From: Marsupella aquatica
Lineage: Eukaryota; Plantae; Marchantiophyta
NCBI GenBank assembly: GCA_973895155.1
Contig: OZ316899.1
Coordinates: 6,575,241 to 6,639,240 of the forward strand
Direction of reading: 5' to 3'
DNA: 64,000 nt
The first letter of the stretch is position 1. Each line of letters opens with the position of its first letter. Shown piece after piece: positions 10,263 to 24,300 of the stretch. The translations under genes and the position numbers were made by a program. The notes beneath the pieces are model-generated. The model was not told the origin of the DNA. It did no database searches and saw only the letters and a list, made by a program, of their open reading frames with translations.

Positions 10263-12551
10263 GGAGTCTCCCAACGGTCTACTTTGTGACACTAAAATGT
10301 CACAAGTTAGTTGCTATTAACAAGGTTTGCAACGATTCTGAGGGCGACTAAGTCATCAAATTGACTTACCATATAACTACTTAGAGTCATATTACAATCA
10401 CGTATCGACAAGGCTAGACTCCATGACAGAGTCACATATCAGTCACAAATTAATGGGTATCAAGCGAGTCGTGATTATGATGACCTTGAACTAGTGCAGT
10501 AGAGAAAACAAACTTTGGGAGGAGAGGATCTCAAATCACCCTTTGTGTCACTAGTCGAACTAACAAGTCCTGGGTGAGGATTTAGAACAAAATTACTGCA
10601 TGTAATGGAGCGCAAACAAAGCCTCTACAATGCCATGACGAGAGTAGAAGACTAGAACGATTGGAGTCTTGCGGAAAGGAGCAGAGGAGCTTGAGTCTAA
10701 CAATGACCAAAATGGGGAGGATGCCGAACATCCGACTGAGATATCAAGGTCAGAACATCGGATCCTACCCAACGGTTTAGGGTTCCTGTCTTTTTGAGTG
10801 AGTATGATGACTTTCACGCTTGAAAATTGAGGTATAGGGTGCTTTGGAGTCTCACTTGGGACACACTCCCATGATGTTTGCATTGAAGGAGTTCAAGACC
10901 GTGAGTCCCAGTCCGTTACCATCCTGTCTGCCTCTGGTCATTCCAGTCCGCACACCGTTGTTTGTGGGAGATTGATGGGCTGCACTATGGCTAGGAATTT
11001 TGCTGGCCTGATGTACGTAGTCCTTTCAACTCTTTCGTGATTGTTTGTTGGATTCGGATGTTGAAAAGGGGGTACAGATCTTGAGTAATTATACGAATCC
11101 TCGGTTCAAATATGATGCTCATTAGTGGCCTTCTAGTGAGTCCAATACGTCACATGTACAAATGTACTGTTCAGGATAGGTTTTTTCAATCAATTGGACA
11201 CTGATAGTTATGTTTTGAAAAAGCTATGTTTTAGGCTAGCGAGGAAAATTTCATGACAAATTTTGGGTATTGGGAGGAGAAAATGTGCCTGTGCGAGGAA
11301 AATTTTTACTGTTTCCTCACATGCTACAATGACCCCAATTGTTACAAGAGTCACTTGCGTCAAGCTGTAGTTAGTCTTCCTTCTTGTCCAGATTCATTGC
11401 CAGTATTGAAAGGCACAAATCTTTTGAACCTGAAATTAACTGTCCTTGAAGAATAGTGTGTACAAGTCTTGAGTAGAGAGGATGGCTTTTATTGTTGCCC
11501 TTTGCCATTTGAACTGAGAATAATAAGCATTGATGTTTTCCCTGAAAAGGGAAAACATCAACTGGTGCAAATCAACATCCATTTTGAACTACAAATAATG
11601 GGCTCATGATCATCCCAAGGTCAAATCTCAGTCAAGAATACTATAAAAGGATTGATTCGAGTGTGAAAGAAACAATGACTCTCATCATGAATATGAAAGT
11701 TCCCTCTGGCAATTCTTACGGGATATAGTTCAAGATACGTGCACATCTCAAAAGGATATAGTTCAAGATCCAAAACACATGCACATCTCACAACAACAAA
11801 TATTTACTGGGTCCAGATTTGCATATTCCCCTGTTGCTTGTGTGAGGATTTTAATTGTCAATAGGAAGACCTTTCAATCCTTGTAATGGATTTACAACTC
11901 TTTCTTCAAGCTTGGTCTATTGAATTTGGTCCTCCCAAGCCAACTGTTCCTTATTGTTGGCAAAGTGCAAAACATCTTATGCATACAACGTTTATAGGAA
12001 GATTTTAGCATTTTCCTATATGTTCAACGCTTATTTCAATTTTTTTCACATTCATAACAGTAATCTCGGTAACGAATGATAATACCATCAAGTGAGTTTA
12101 GGTAGTGTCCAATGCTAGTAAACTTGTGCTACTATATGGCATGCTCATCCTGGAACATGCTTTACTTTTTGTGTGGTAGTGATATGTACGTGGACAAAAT
12201 TAGAGAGTGAAACTAGAATACATATTAAATGTGAATGGGATAAAATAATCCCCTTGTTAAAGTACATGCAAATAAAAATACATAAAGCACATAGTGACCA
12301 ATGGAAAGTACAATTACATTTTATGACACAAAGATGCTACGAGTTGTGCACTTACTTCAATGTGTCTTATTAATGACACCCATTTCAATAGAAACTATAA
12401 ACTTAAGAAAGAAAGTCACGAGGGGAACTTAAGACAGGATGTGTTTACATTACTTAGAATCATTCCTCTCACTCATGAGAATACTTAAAAGTGGTAGAAA
12501 ATGAAGCCCTTGGTTTCTCTCTAGGAGATAACAAAGTTTAAAAATTAAGGG

Positions 12552-14053
12552 GAAGAGCTCAGGTTGGCTGTTTCTAAATTGTACCAAGAAGTGCGCATCA
12601 AACTTTCAAAGGAAACCTCTGAAGAAATCTGGAGCACTCTTGGGGTGATCCAAGGTTGTCCTCTCTCACCAACCCTCTTTGGCATCTTCATTGATCAGCT
12701 ACACAACATTTTGGAGGAGCATGGTGGAGTTGGCACTCAATTGGGTAGGTTTGTCCTCCAACTTCTTATATTTGCAGATGATGTGGTCCTACTTGCTCAT
12801 GCTCAAGAAGCTTTGCAAAGACATCTCAATGCCTTGGAGGAGTTTTGTCAAGCAACAGGGATGGTAGTCAACCTCAAGAAGACCAAGTGTTTGGGCATTG
12901 GCACACGACAAAATCCAGAGCTCTACTTTCAAGGGAATCTGGTGGAATTTGTGAGGACCTACAAATACCTTGGGGTGGAGTTCTCTCAAAACTTGAGTTG
13001 GGCCTCATGTGTAAAATCTAGGGCTGCCAATGGGTACAGAGCTTTTTATGCATTCATGAACAAATGCAAAAGAGCTGGTCTACACACTTGGAGGTTAAGG
13101 AAACATCTCTTTGGAGCTTTGGTGAAACCAGTCATTCTTTATGGAGCACCAATTTGGGGAGCAGGTGTGTCTAAATCTGGGTGGCAACAGATTGAGGGGC
13201 TGCAAAAGCTATTTCTTGAGATGGAGCAAGGATCAAGTCACAAACCCCATATGCACTTACACTTGCAGAGGCAGGCTTGTTTCCTTTGGAGGTGGAGGCA
13301 CTCTTCCACACACTCAAATACATCATGCGTGTAAGAGAGTTGGAGGAAAACAGATTTCCTTTTCATGCCTTGCGCTCATCTTCAGCTAAAGGGTGGTATG
13401 CAGATGTGTGCAGGTGGGCCCATGCTTGGGATTTTCCTGAACATGAATGGCCAACACACCCAACCAAACTTGAGCAAAAGGCTTTGCACAAACTTTGGCA
13501 TGAACCTAGCCCATGGCAGCAATACTACATGAGAGATGTGAACCCCATGAAGAAGTATCGAGAACAAGAATACTTATCTAGCACTATCTCAGTACAACTT
13601 AGACAACTTATTGCTCAGTATAGACTAAGCTCACACCACCTTGAAGTAGAACAAGGGAGATGGAAGGATATTGACAGGAAAAAGAGGGTTTGTCAACTAT
13701 GTGATAGCTCTAGTATAGAGAATGAATATCATGTATTCATTGCTTGCAAGTTTTATGAGGGGGTTAGGATGACATCTCAAATCTTGGTGAAAGATTTGTA
13801 TGCATTGTTTGGTCTGCCCCCTCAGCAACTTGGAAGATATATCTTTGCGGTGGATAGGGAAAGGAGAATAGGTTTGGAAAGTCTTTCAGGGCTCTCTAGG
13901 TCCATAGTTTCTTTGAGGACATAGTTGTCCTCTTCTGAGCAATCTCTTTTGGTTTCTCTTTTCTTTGATTGCATTGTACTTTACTTTTTGTGGCAACTCC
14001 TTTGACTTTCATGGTCCCGGAGCTTATAATACATTACCATTACCATTACCATT
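12552..14053 (+). mobile_element. RTEX-like LINE family A, second 5'-truncated copy, inverted relative to 7179-8696
   Basis: Near-identical translation, same frameshift near 13230, a 12-bp deletion (TKLEQ versus TKLRAKLEQ), and a cattaccattaccattaccatt tail. Confidence 0.92.
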
Positions 14054-15250
14054 ATAGGATACAAAAAATTTAAAGGGGTCCAAAAATGAATGAAAAGTTT
14101 ATATGATACAAAGGATGCCCCTTGTTAAAGTACATTTAAATAAAAATACATGATACAAAAATATGAATAAGACAAAACATGAAAGTTGGATTCACAGAGG
14201 TGTCAAAAATTCCAATTTAGATAGTGCCCAATGCTAGTAAACTTGTACTACTATAATACGTGACATTTTTACATATTGTAGTGGCGCAGTTTGAATCCTA
14301 TTGGTATTTCTGTCCTAAATTGGGATCTTCTTTTTGGTGGCGAGCACAAAGACTCCTGTTTTCTGAGGCCACTTCTTGTTGTTTTAAGAATTCCTGTTTA
14401 CTCATAACTCATGTCAACAGCTAAGTTAGATGTTATGTCTAACTCATCTAAGTTTCACAACTAACCGCTGAATTGCTTCAAAACAAGCCTTCAGAATTGC
14501 TTATAGTTGGAGTTTGATGTTTCTTCGAAACACACTGCCTTAAGATAATAAGTTAATTCACTTAAAGGACAAAGCAAATTCTTTCAAGAGGAATCTATTT
14601 ACATATTTCGATAATTTGTCTGTTCTCACATAAGATGTGATATATTAAAATTATGACCCTTCCATACTAAGCCCCTAACTAATTTCTGGAAGCTCCCTGG
14701 AGAGCAAGTAACTCTGCTACACGTGTACATTAGACACAACTTACTACTTTTATTTATTTTTAAGAATCAGGAAAATAGACGAGAAGGTTCTTTATCATCA
14801 TACCCATGCCAAAGGTTCGACTCCTGTCAATGTGTAATATTCTGTGAAGAAATAGAAGCTCTTGAAAAGAATGTGAATTGTCTTGAATAAAAGACACCCC
14901 TGAGAAAAACGATTTTGCGTTGGGAGCTTAGATTACTCTCATTTAAGTTAGGAACTGCAACCATTTACACTACGCAAGGAGGCAGATAATTTTCCAATCA
15001 TAGAGCCTTCAGGGTCAACTAGTACCTGCCTTCCTAAATTCTGCCTTAATACTAGGAGGAATTAGAAACAATTGCTGAGAAGATGTTCCCAATAAGCTGG
15101 TGGCTTCTAATACCAGCTGTCATAAAAAACCTACATCTGCGTCTAAACCACATGAGGGTCTTCCTATTGGAACACAACGAAGACAGCTTCCACAATACAC
15201 TCAGCCATTTGTATTGGAACACAAAGCAGACAGCTTCCAGAATAGTACAC

Positions 15251-15353
15251 TCAGCCAAACCCAAAGCCTTCGCTGGCCTCATGAATAGCCAGTAAAAGGC
15301 GGTCAAGCAGCTGCTCCTTCGATGAGTACTCTGGGAGATCAAGTTGATTGAAG
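15251..15353 (-). CDS. UPL1: UPL1 coding exon 15
   Basis: FNQLDLPEYSSKEQLLDRLLLAIHEASEGFGFG*. Confidence 0.93.
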
Positions 15354-18300
15354 CTACAGATTGAAGCAAGCAGACATGTTAGTTACAAACCGTGTAACGG
15401 CTCTTTCAATCCTCAAACTATGCACACGCCAGAATAGCCCTTCTATATGCAAGCAAATTGTCAAATATAGGAATAGTGGTAGATAAATTGATAATCAGGT
15501 AACTCTATTTTTAGATCCGGATTTCCTCTTAGATGACTCGGATTCAAACCCCGCTTCACAATCCAGTTGCAGTCCTCCTCTATGTTAGTTTTCTTTGTGT
15601 TTCTCTAGCGTATTTTGATCTGGCTCTTTATTCCCCTTTGATTTCTTTTGAGAGCGGCAGGCAATGAGAGACGGTGTTTCTAGCACCACATCGTACCATG
15701 TGTTTCATCAGTGACATTGATAAACTACTCACCATGTATGAGCTGAGGGTAGGCGCTCAGGAGCTCCATAAGCTTTGTGTATTTGAAACCTTTGAGGGCC
15801 TGAGATGCCTTGCAAAGCTCGGAAACCCTCAAGTGGAACCTGAAAATGGTACAAGAGAAGAAGAGGTCAGTTCTAGCTATCAATCCATACTCTTTGCTTG
15901 CAGAACACTCTTTTCATGATCATTATTAATGGATTTCTGTGCAGCACGCAAAAAAACTGATCTCCCTATGGACACTACCACGCCAACATTTATTGAACAC
16001 AAGGAAAAGTAAAATCCGGTCCTCCGTCTCGGCAGCAATTGTTGAGGTTTGAAAATTCTTTTGTAGTCTCTAGTGACCCTAAACCTTGCTCTTGAATGAA
16101 AAAGAACAGTAGGTTCTTCTAAGAAAATTACCTTGGAGGTTCCTGTAATGAACTGAAGCAGGCGTGCCATGTCCTCTTTGTTGAAGGCACGCACAACTTC
16201 CCAGAACCATAGCACAACTGGTGACGCCCCAGTATATCCTGTGTATTCTGTATTTGCCTTCAAGTCTTCCACTAGACACATCAAATACAACTTAATTAAT
16301 TTCCCGTTTTCAACTGGTTGGAGGCTGAACCAAAGACTCACCAGTCTACAAAGGTTCCTTTCGAATGCTAAGATCACGACGAAGGGATTACTGATTGCCT
16401 TGAGCGAGTTGAAGGGTATGAAACAAGAAACTCACAATCTATCTCAGGAAGACCGCTGATTAGAAGCTCAAGTTCCTTGTCATTAAAGATTGATATCAGC
16501 TCTCTCGGAACCAACTCATTGAAACCTTCCAAGAATGAAGTGATTTGTGGCCGGATTGCAGTTGTCAAACGATGCTCAGCCACAAGGTCAACATATTCAT
16601 GCTTATTTTCCTCTGTGACCCGGATGTTTCTCCCACCAGTGATAAGCTCATGATCAGTCACCTGCAATGGGATCACCCGCCATGAACAAACACCCCAAGA
16701 TGGAACCCTAAACCGTAAACTGTAGGGTAGTTCCACTCTTCCAATGAGTACATAGTCAGAGGCCCCACCCTATTTCGTGGTAAATTGACTTAAACACATT
16801 CTCGTGAGGCATCTGCAATTTTGAGCTCACTTTCTAGCCTGTAACAGCTCCTAGACAAACATCGGTATCATGTATTCCACGAAAATATCTTTTAAATGAC
16901 TGGTACCTCAGTTTTCTCATACAATATATGTTTCTCTTCATCTGCATCCATACTGAAAGTAAGACCAAGTATGTCACTGATATCATTCTGAACACACAAA
17001 TTTAGCCACAGATTACCATCAGTACAAACCAAATGATCAAAGCGGTGGATAACCACAGATTAGAAATGAAAACATTTAGGGCAATATACATAAAGGGTGC
17101 CTTCATGTACACCATACTTGTCTGTCATTGGAACGAGGGACAACCGTACAATTCTTGAATAATCATAAATCGGTTCCCAATTCTATGGAGTACTACAAAG
17201 GCTAACACATTGATAAAAAAAGAGAGGGTGAATAACGAAATTAGAATTTCCTAGTTTTTCGCTTAAATCACTGTACCTTGGACAAGCAAAAGAGAGCTCT
17301 GAAACCACACATCAAATTGTCGTATAAAATTTTACCTCTAGCATCCACTTCAGATTTTTGTAATAATCAGGATCAATAGCTTCAATGTCATGATAAGTAA
17401 CCTTCACGCCCAGAATGTGCTTGTAGAATGACCGAGTGAAATATACATCAAGCAGTTGTCCATCAAACAGTGCCTTGGCAACCTGATTCACGAGTGGCCC
17501 GAAAATAAGGAAATACCAGTGTGCAGTGATCGAAAATACCGGAAGTGCAACATTGGACGTCACTTGGTCAACACCAATGAATCTACACATCCCTTTCCAC
17601 ACCAATACTAAAGAGAGGGAAAGAAGATTAGCTTACCACACGACCAACAAACTTGAAATAAGAAAGATGCTCTGTTTGATAGACAGAGTTTGGATTGGGC
17701 TGAAATGTCAATTCATTTCCTACGGTAGTGAAAAGAAGAGCTCCTTTATCAAATGTTACTCTCGAGAGTAGTTGATACCACTCCCTAGTGAGTCCACCTG
17801 CATCAATACCTTCCTCACCCTGGAATTGAACTGTCAAACGTCCTTTCAGTTCATCTGGTGTGCGCATGCGGAGTTGATTGTATGAATCTTCCAAAACATA
17901 AGCTCTTCGGACACCTATCCGAAGGGGAGCATAATGTTGTTGCTCATGTTGGTGTCTTATTCTTGTACGGAAATATGCCCGCTTGTTATCAAAATCAATC
18001 AGGCGGGGAGTCTTCAGCATCAACGAGAGTGATTTCTCCAAAAGGCCAGTATTCTGCCGTACAAAGGCATTCAACAATCTCCGATGCTTTTCTGCGAATC
18101 GAATGAATGTCATTCCCTTCTCATCAGCCTTTCTGTGCGGTGTAAGTGGAGACCTTGGAGTAGTTAGAATCTCCAACCCTGACGCAGATGAACAAGCAGC
18201 TTCCTTAATCTCACGAGCAGTTGAACTCAGGGGTTCTGCTTGGCCTGTGATTGAAGGTCCAGACCGCAATTTGTCACACAAAACAAAGAATCCTTCTACA

Positions 18301-21300
18301 AACGGAAGCAATTTCTGAGTCCCAGGAGGAAGCGGTGGAACTGTGCCAGCCCCAACTACAGCAGCAGCTGCTACATTACTGACTTGCATTGACACAACCG
18401 ATAAATTTCCCATCTTGCTTTCGATTTTTCCAACGCTTGTACTCAACCCAAACCACAACTTCTCGAGGGCAGAATTGAGGTCCCTAATAATTAGCATTCC
18501 CTCTTCTTGCTCCCTTTCAATCACATCTGGATCAGATTCCTTTTTATAATTGCCCGATGAAGTGAGGGCACTCAAAGCCTGTAAAACTCGAAGCATTGCT
18601 GCACCTGCCATTGAAGCTGTACTAATGACTGGAGTGTCTACATCTCCAAAACTTTCAAGTTCACTGAGTGCTGGTCCACCGAGTCTACGAGCTGTTTCCG
18701 CTAATTCAGAGAGGAATAGTTGTCGATGAGGTGGCGCAGCAAGAGCTAGCTTCTTCAGCACTTCTGCGATTCTCGAATATGCTGTATCTGACAACCTGCA
18801 AAATGTGTGCACCGTTCTGAATTTAAAGAAAGTCCCAAAGAGGAAATGTCATTTTTGCAATCATCGCTTTCAACACGAATACTAGGACAGCAAATTTATT
18901 ACCACTCCTGAAAAACTCTGTTCTTTTATCACTATCCTTACCCTTCACGAGCTAGAAGTTTACACAAGTTCCGAAGCTCCAGCTCTGGAAGGCTCAATAA
19001 TATAGTCGTTGCATCCATTCGGTGGTCCAGGCCTGAAGATGAAGTTTCAAAATCTCCTGGTTTGTCAGAGGGCACATTCAGCCGAGGTGCCTCGACATCC
19101 CTAGCTTCAGTGCTGGGTTGCAATACTGCTCCTTCAACCTCACCAGGCACAGGAACAGCTGCTAATTCTAGGCTATGAGGAACTGTATCTGCAGTATGCC
19201 CTACAAGAGGTACCGCAGAATCGGCCGAAGCTGCCGGCTTAAGCTGTGCTCTCAACTCGGCCTTCACTCCTGCGTTGCTCGTTACGACTTCAAGCAAGCC
19301 CATCACCTGAACCCAGATTGAAATTCAGGATGGATTTCACATGTTAATTAAAATACAAACTTATAAATAGATTATTAAGCATTGTATATGTACCCACATA
19401 ACTGTATTTGTGTAAGAACCCAAATGTCAATTATTCACGGAAAAATATACACACATCCACAGATCTGTTTATAATTTATAATTTTTTTCACACATCCACC
19501 CATAGACCAGACAATGTTGTCTATCATAAACAAATCTTCTCCAATATACCCAAACTATCTTGTATTCACAAAACGAAAATCTTCCTGTACCTCCAGAAAC
19601 TATTCATCCTATCTTAAGCGCGTTCATGAGAGCTTTGTTGGTACATGTACCTGCTCCAGGTGAGCACTGCTTCGAGAATAGAGCGGCTGGTTCAATAACT
19701 TCAGCAGTAAGATCAACGGTACCTCACCCTTAGGTTTTACATGCTCCTCAAACACAACTGGCCCATCAAACACTTTTGCCTTGCCTTTCTCGTTTCTTGA
19801 ATCCTCTGATTTTATAGGAGAAAGCTTGGAAAGTGGTGACAAGGAAGAACTAAAAGGCTCTAGATAGAGAAGTAAATTTGCCACTGGAGAATGGTTGCGG
19901 GCCAGATAAGTCAATATCTCCAAAACACGACGTGATACCAATGGTGGAACTCCTGTAATGATCATTTATTAGTTTGAGTATCATGACTTTGGCAGGTTCG
20001 TGAGCATAACAAAAAGGGTAAATTATAATTTCCACGGATATATCTGCTTCAAACAACAACATTTGTACCTCAGCTATCAACGAAGGAAAATAGAGGATAA
20101 AAAATACACAAGCAATTACCATCAGACGACTGGCTACGTGCATAAACAACATTCCACTGGCAACCATACAAACGTTGTGACGGTGCACCATCAAGAGAGG
20201 AAGAGCCGGATGGGACGCCCTCTGCTTCAGGTCGTAGCATGTCTAATAAAAGTTGCAGCAGAGTCACACGCGTGACCGTATGAGCACAGAGGTTCAACAG
20301 TAGCCTCTGAAGAAGTCCTTTACCCAATGGCTGCAAAATTCACAGGACGAGTTTCACCGGTGTTTTGAAATTTTTATCAGAAGTCTAGTTCGACAATGTA
20401 AACCACTGGCAAATGACTACGCATATAGTGGGTCAGTAATTTTGGCTTCAATTGGATCAGAAGCCTTTGCAACTTGCTCTGCCAAGTACTTGGGCATCAC
20501 AGATTTCAAAGTACTCGACAATGGACGGACCCCAAGTCTACAAGGGAGCATGTGACTTTAGGGATACTAACTCCGTATCAATTCTGCGAGGACAGAGCAC
20601 TATAGGGATGAAAATCCACTAAAACATACAGGGGAATAATCCACAAGGAAAGAAGTTTTAGTGCATGTGCCAGAGTAGGCTAAAAAAGTTCAATAAGATA
20701 CTAACCTGAGCTAATTGCAGAAGCTGGAGCATTGCCTTTAACGAAGCAGTGTCAACAAGTGGCATTCCTTCAGCATCCTTCATCCTTGTTCCACCATTTA
20801 TGGGTAACCCTGATCTTCGGCTAATTGACAGGCCTGTTCCCCCTCCCACGCTCCGATCAGCAGCAGTGGGACCAGTTCCTGTTCCACCAATATTGTTACG
20901 TCTACTACTGATTCTGTGAGCTCCAAAAAGACCTCGTGCCTGATATTGCGTCATTGCTGCTCTCTCACGAAGTAACTGTGCCTCGGCAAGAAGAGCAGGG
21001 GGCAGTGCCGCAAGAACAGCTTCTGAGGAAGTTAAGAGTACCTGTAACTCATTTGAGAGTGAGGAAACAGTCGTCTTAGAAGAAGCCCACCTTTTACATG
21101 ATATGGGATTAAGCAACTGAAACTCAAATACCGCAGTGTCATAGAAGAAACCAGACTTCAGGATTTAATTGACGAGCTAATAAAATGCCAATGTATTCAA
21201 TATCACTTTCTTACTTCTTCCCGAAGCTCAGCAGGAAACGTAGCGATGATGGAGGCACTATCCATATCAACCGGTTGACCCTCCGCTTGATTGGCTTGAA

Positions 21301-24300
21301 CAAGTCTCTGTGCACGCTGCTGCGCCAAAACTTCCGCCTGAATATCTGGAGGAAGCGCAGCTAGGAATTCAGGATCAATTTCCTCTGCTGGTGGTGGAGG
21401 ATGACTTGTAGCTCTAACAGTCACTGTTTGCTGTGAGGCCAATACTTCAGCCCTTAAATCTTCTGGAAGAGCTTCAAGGAAGGTGGGATCTATGGAAGTT
21501 GCAGCACCGCTCCTGGAACTTCTGTGAATACCGAGTTCCTCTCCTCTGTCGGCAATTACATCATTAATTTGAACCGGTACTGCCGGTTCTTGTTGCAACA
21601 CCGAAGCCAACCCAAGCCTATCAGCAACGACCTCTTGTTCTCCCGGTTGTCCCCTCCGCTCTGTCCCATCCATTTCTTCGTCAGCATCACCCGCATCAGC
21701 TCTCACCCTACTGACATATACTCCAGGCGCTACATCACTGCCAGCAGTCCGCTGCAATCTACCAGAGGAGAGTCTGTCAGGCCCTGCTTGCCTTTCATCT
21801 GGATCACATCCATCTGCACTTCCTACCTCTACTTCCAGGCTACGAAGGCTCTCACCAGCAGTTGCACCACTCCCTCCACTGTCTTGACTACCAGCTTCCA
21901 CATCTCTTGTGATTGGTTCAGTTCTCTCTTCCTGCATTTGCACATCAAGATCAGCACCTGCAGCTGTCTGTTGCTCAACAGAATGATGCATCTCTGCCTC
22001 TACAGAAGTAAGCCGTCCTAGAGGAGTCGAGACAGTTCCATTTTGAACATCCACCTCGGATTGTTCTAGGTCCACCGTCCTGTCCAGGGCCTCGCTTCTA
22101 CCAGTTGCTGTTACCTGATGGCTAGCTTCAAGGTCGGCACCGTCCATGTTTTCTACAGCCTCGTGTTGCCTAGTCTCCGCTACTTCAGCACATTCTTGCG
22201 CAGTACGATTACTAACTTCACCAAGAGTTGGATACTCGGCTGGGACAATAATTTGAAGCTGAGATACGAACTGCTCTTCAATAGCTTGAGCAACAGCTGC
22301 TGCGTGAGCACCTGCTTGCGGCTGGCCATCATCAGTCCAACTACTTAATCTGCTGTCCCCTCGCCCTCTGCGTCCCACAAGGTACACAGGATCCATTGAG
22401 AAATCAAGCAGTGGTGGTGGCGGTGGTGGGGCAATGGAACCCCTCTCTCCAAACAGACCATCCCCAGCATGATCAGGAAGGACCGGAGAGTCGTACATGT
22501 AGAAATGTGTCACATCCAGGCTTCCCCCACCAAGCATAGCCTCTGCGTCTCTAACAAGGCTCCCAGTAGTCGTTGGCCAGATATTGCCGGTGATGAGTGG
22601 CCCAGTGGAACCTGTTCCTACAGTTGGAGAAGGTCGAGTTAAAAGAGGATGGTGGAATGCCCCTCCGCGCTCTCCAGGACGTTCAGGAAAAGTCCTGTAT
22701 GCAGTTGCTCTCCGGCGATCACCAGCACCAGGACGCCGAAAGTTCCCGAAAACATCATCCATGTTCATACCTTGGAAGGGATCCCCTGTAAAGTCCACCA
22801 AGTTTGCTGTCCCTGTGTGGCCCAGTACCTGCACATGATTTAGTCCAGTTAACCCATCTCTCCATCTTACCTCAATGACTCTATCATCGGCCCAATCATC
22901 GTCCTCTTCTTCCTCCTCGAGGATTTCATCCTCGTACTCATCTCCAAGCCCATTATCCTCATGATCATCCACATCAGTATCTGGCGGTGACAAGTGAGGG
23001 ACTCCATTCCCTTCTATGTCGTCTTCATCATCGTCTTCGTCGTCGTCTTCTTCTTCTTCATCACCATCATCATCTCCATCGTCACCATCCATATCCTCTT
23101 CATCTTCATCCTCATTGCCACCGCCATCAGGCCCATGCTCCATCCTATACGCCATCTCAGCAGCTGCATCTTCCAGCTCAGCAGCATCCTCAGCAGCTTC
23201 CCGCATTAAATCCTCCTCAGCTTCTGCATTCAACTGTGCTTCCTCTACTGCTTCTCTATCAAGTCTCATATCGTGCTCCATGAAGTCCTCCCTGCTGACG
23301 TCCGTAATAATTGATGGACGAAGGCTTTCATCGAGGGACTGTCCGTCCAAATGCCCAGTGTCATCCATTGTCTCGTCTCTTACCCTCACAGAAACATCTC
23401 CTTCTGTTCTTGTATCTGGCACTGGGAGTCCATTGTCGCCTGGGATCCTCTGGTCAGATCTTTCACCAGATGCTGCAGCCTTTTCCTGGTTGCTACCATC
23501 ATAACGACAACCTTGCTCGTTGATCCCGGCCCTAGTAAGTACTTCCATTGCCTTTAAAATAGAATTCACCAGCTTTGGAGCATCGGGATGATCGAGGTCA
23601 ATCACCTGGAGAGTATGCGTTAAAGCTTGCACCATCCCAGTATCGGTCATTGTTTTGGCTATGTCAGGTGAAAACCCCGGGGCCTGAGGAGTTCCCGACG
23701 ACGAGTGAGATAAGAGGATAGAATTCACAAGGTCAACAAAGACACGCATCTTCTTATTGGGTGGTTGCTGACCCTTCCAAGTCCCCAAATCACCAGTCCT
23801 GGCAGTTGTGAGAGCCCTCGAAATTTCCACCACAACTCGTCTTCGCCCTTCACTCGACCTAACACACACCGCCATCAAGAAGTAGGCAGCTCGGTCAGAA
23901 AGTTTTTCTTTTGATTCATCGACATGGGGCTTCTCACTTACTGTGTTTCCGGAATAAGGAAGCAGCCTGTGGAGGACATGGTACAGTAGGCCTCCATGCC
24001 CAATCACTTCTGGCCCTCCCTGGGACGGCCCCCTTCCTTGACTGCTCTCCACGTCACGTCTGAGTACAACACTTGCAGCAGATGTGTACATCAGGAGAAT
24101 CTCAGTAGTAAGCTTCAAAATAAAAGAGGTTTTTGCAATTGCTGCTGAAGTGTCCGATAAGGTCTCGTTGTCCAGCTTAAGTACATCATCAACTTTACCC
24201 TTACCCTTATCTTTAGGGGCTAGATCATCCAGCTCCATGGCCGTTCCACAAGCGTCGACAACTAAGAGATCGTTCTTACAAGGTGACGGATAGTGCAGGA

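Noticed and set aside
10283-11050. Hairpin TTGTGACA-CTAAAA-TGTCACAA followed by LTR-like sequence
   Set aside because: Could be LTR ends, but I found no partner LTR, TSD or PBS.
12100-14260. Two short blocks repeated on both sides of the plus-strand LINE (tagtgYccaatgctagtaaacttgt; ccccttgttaaagtacat)
   Set aside because: Not adjacent to the junctions and in swapped order, so not a TSD; probably an old degenerate repeat.
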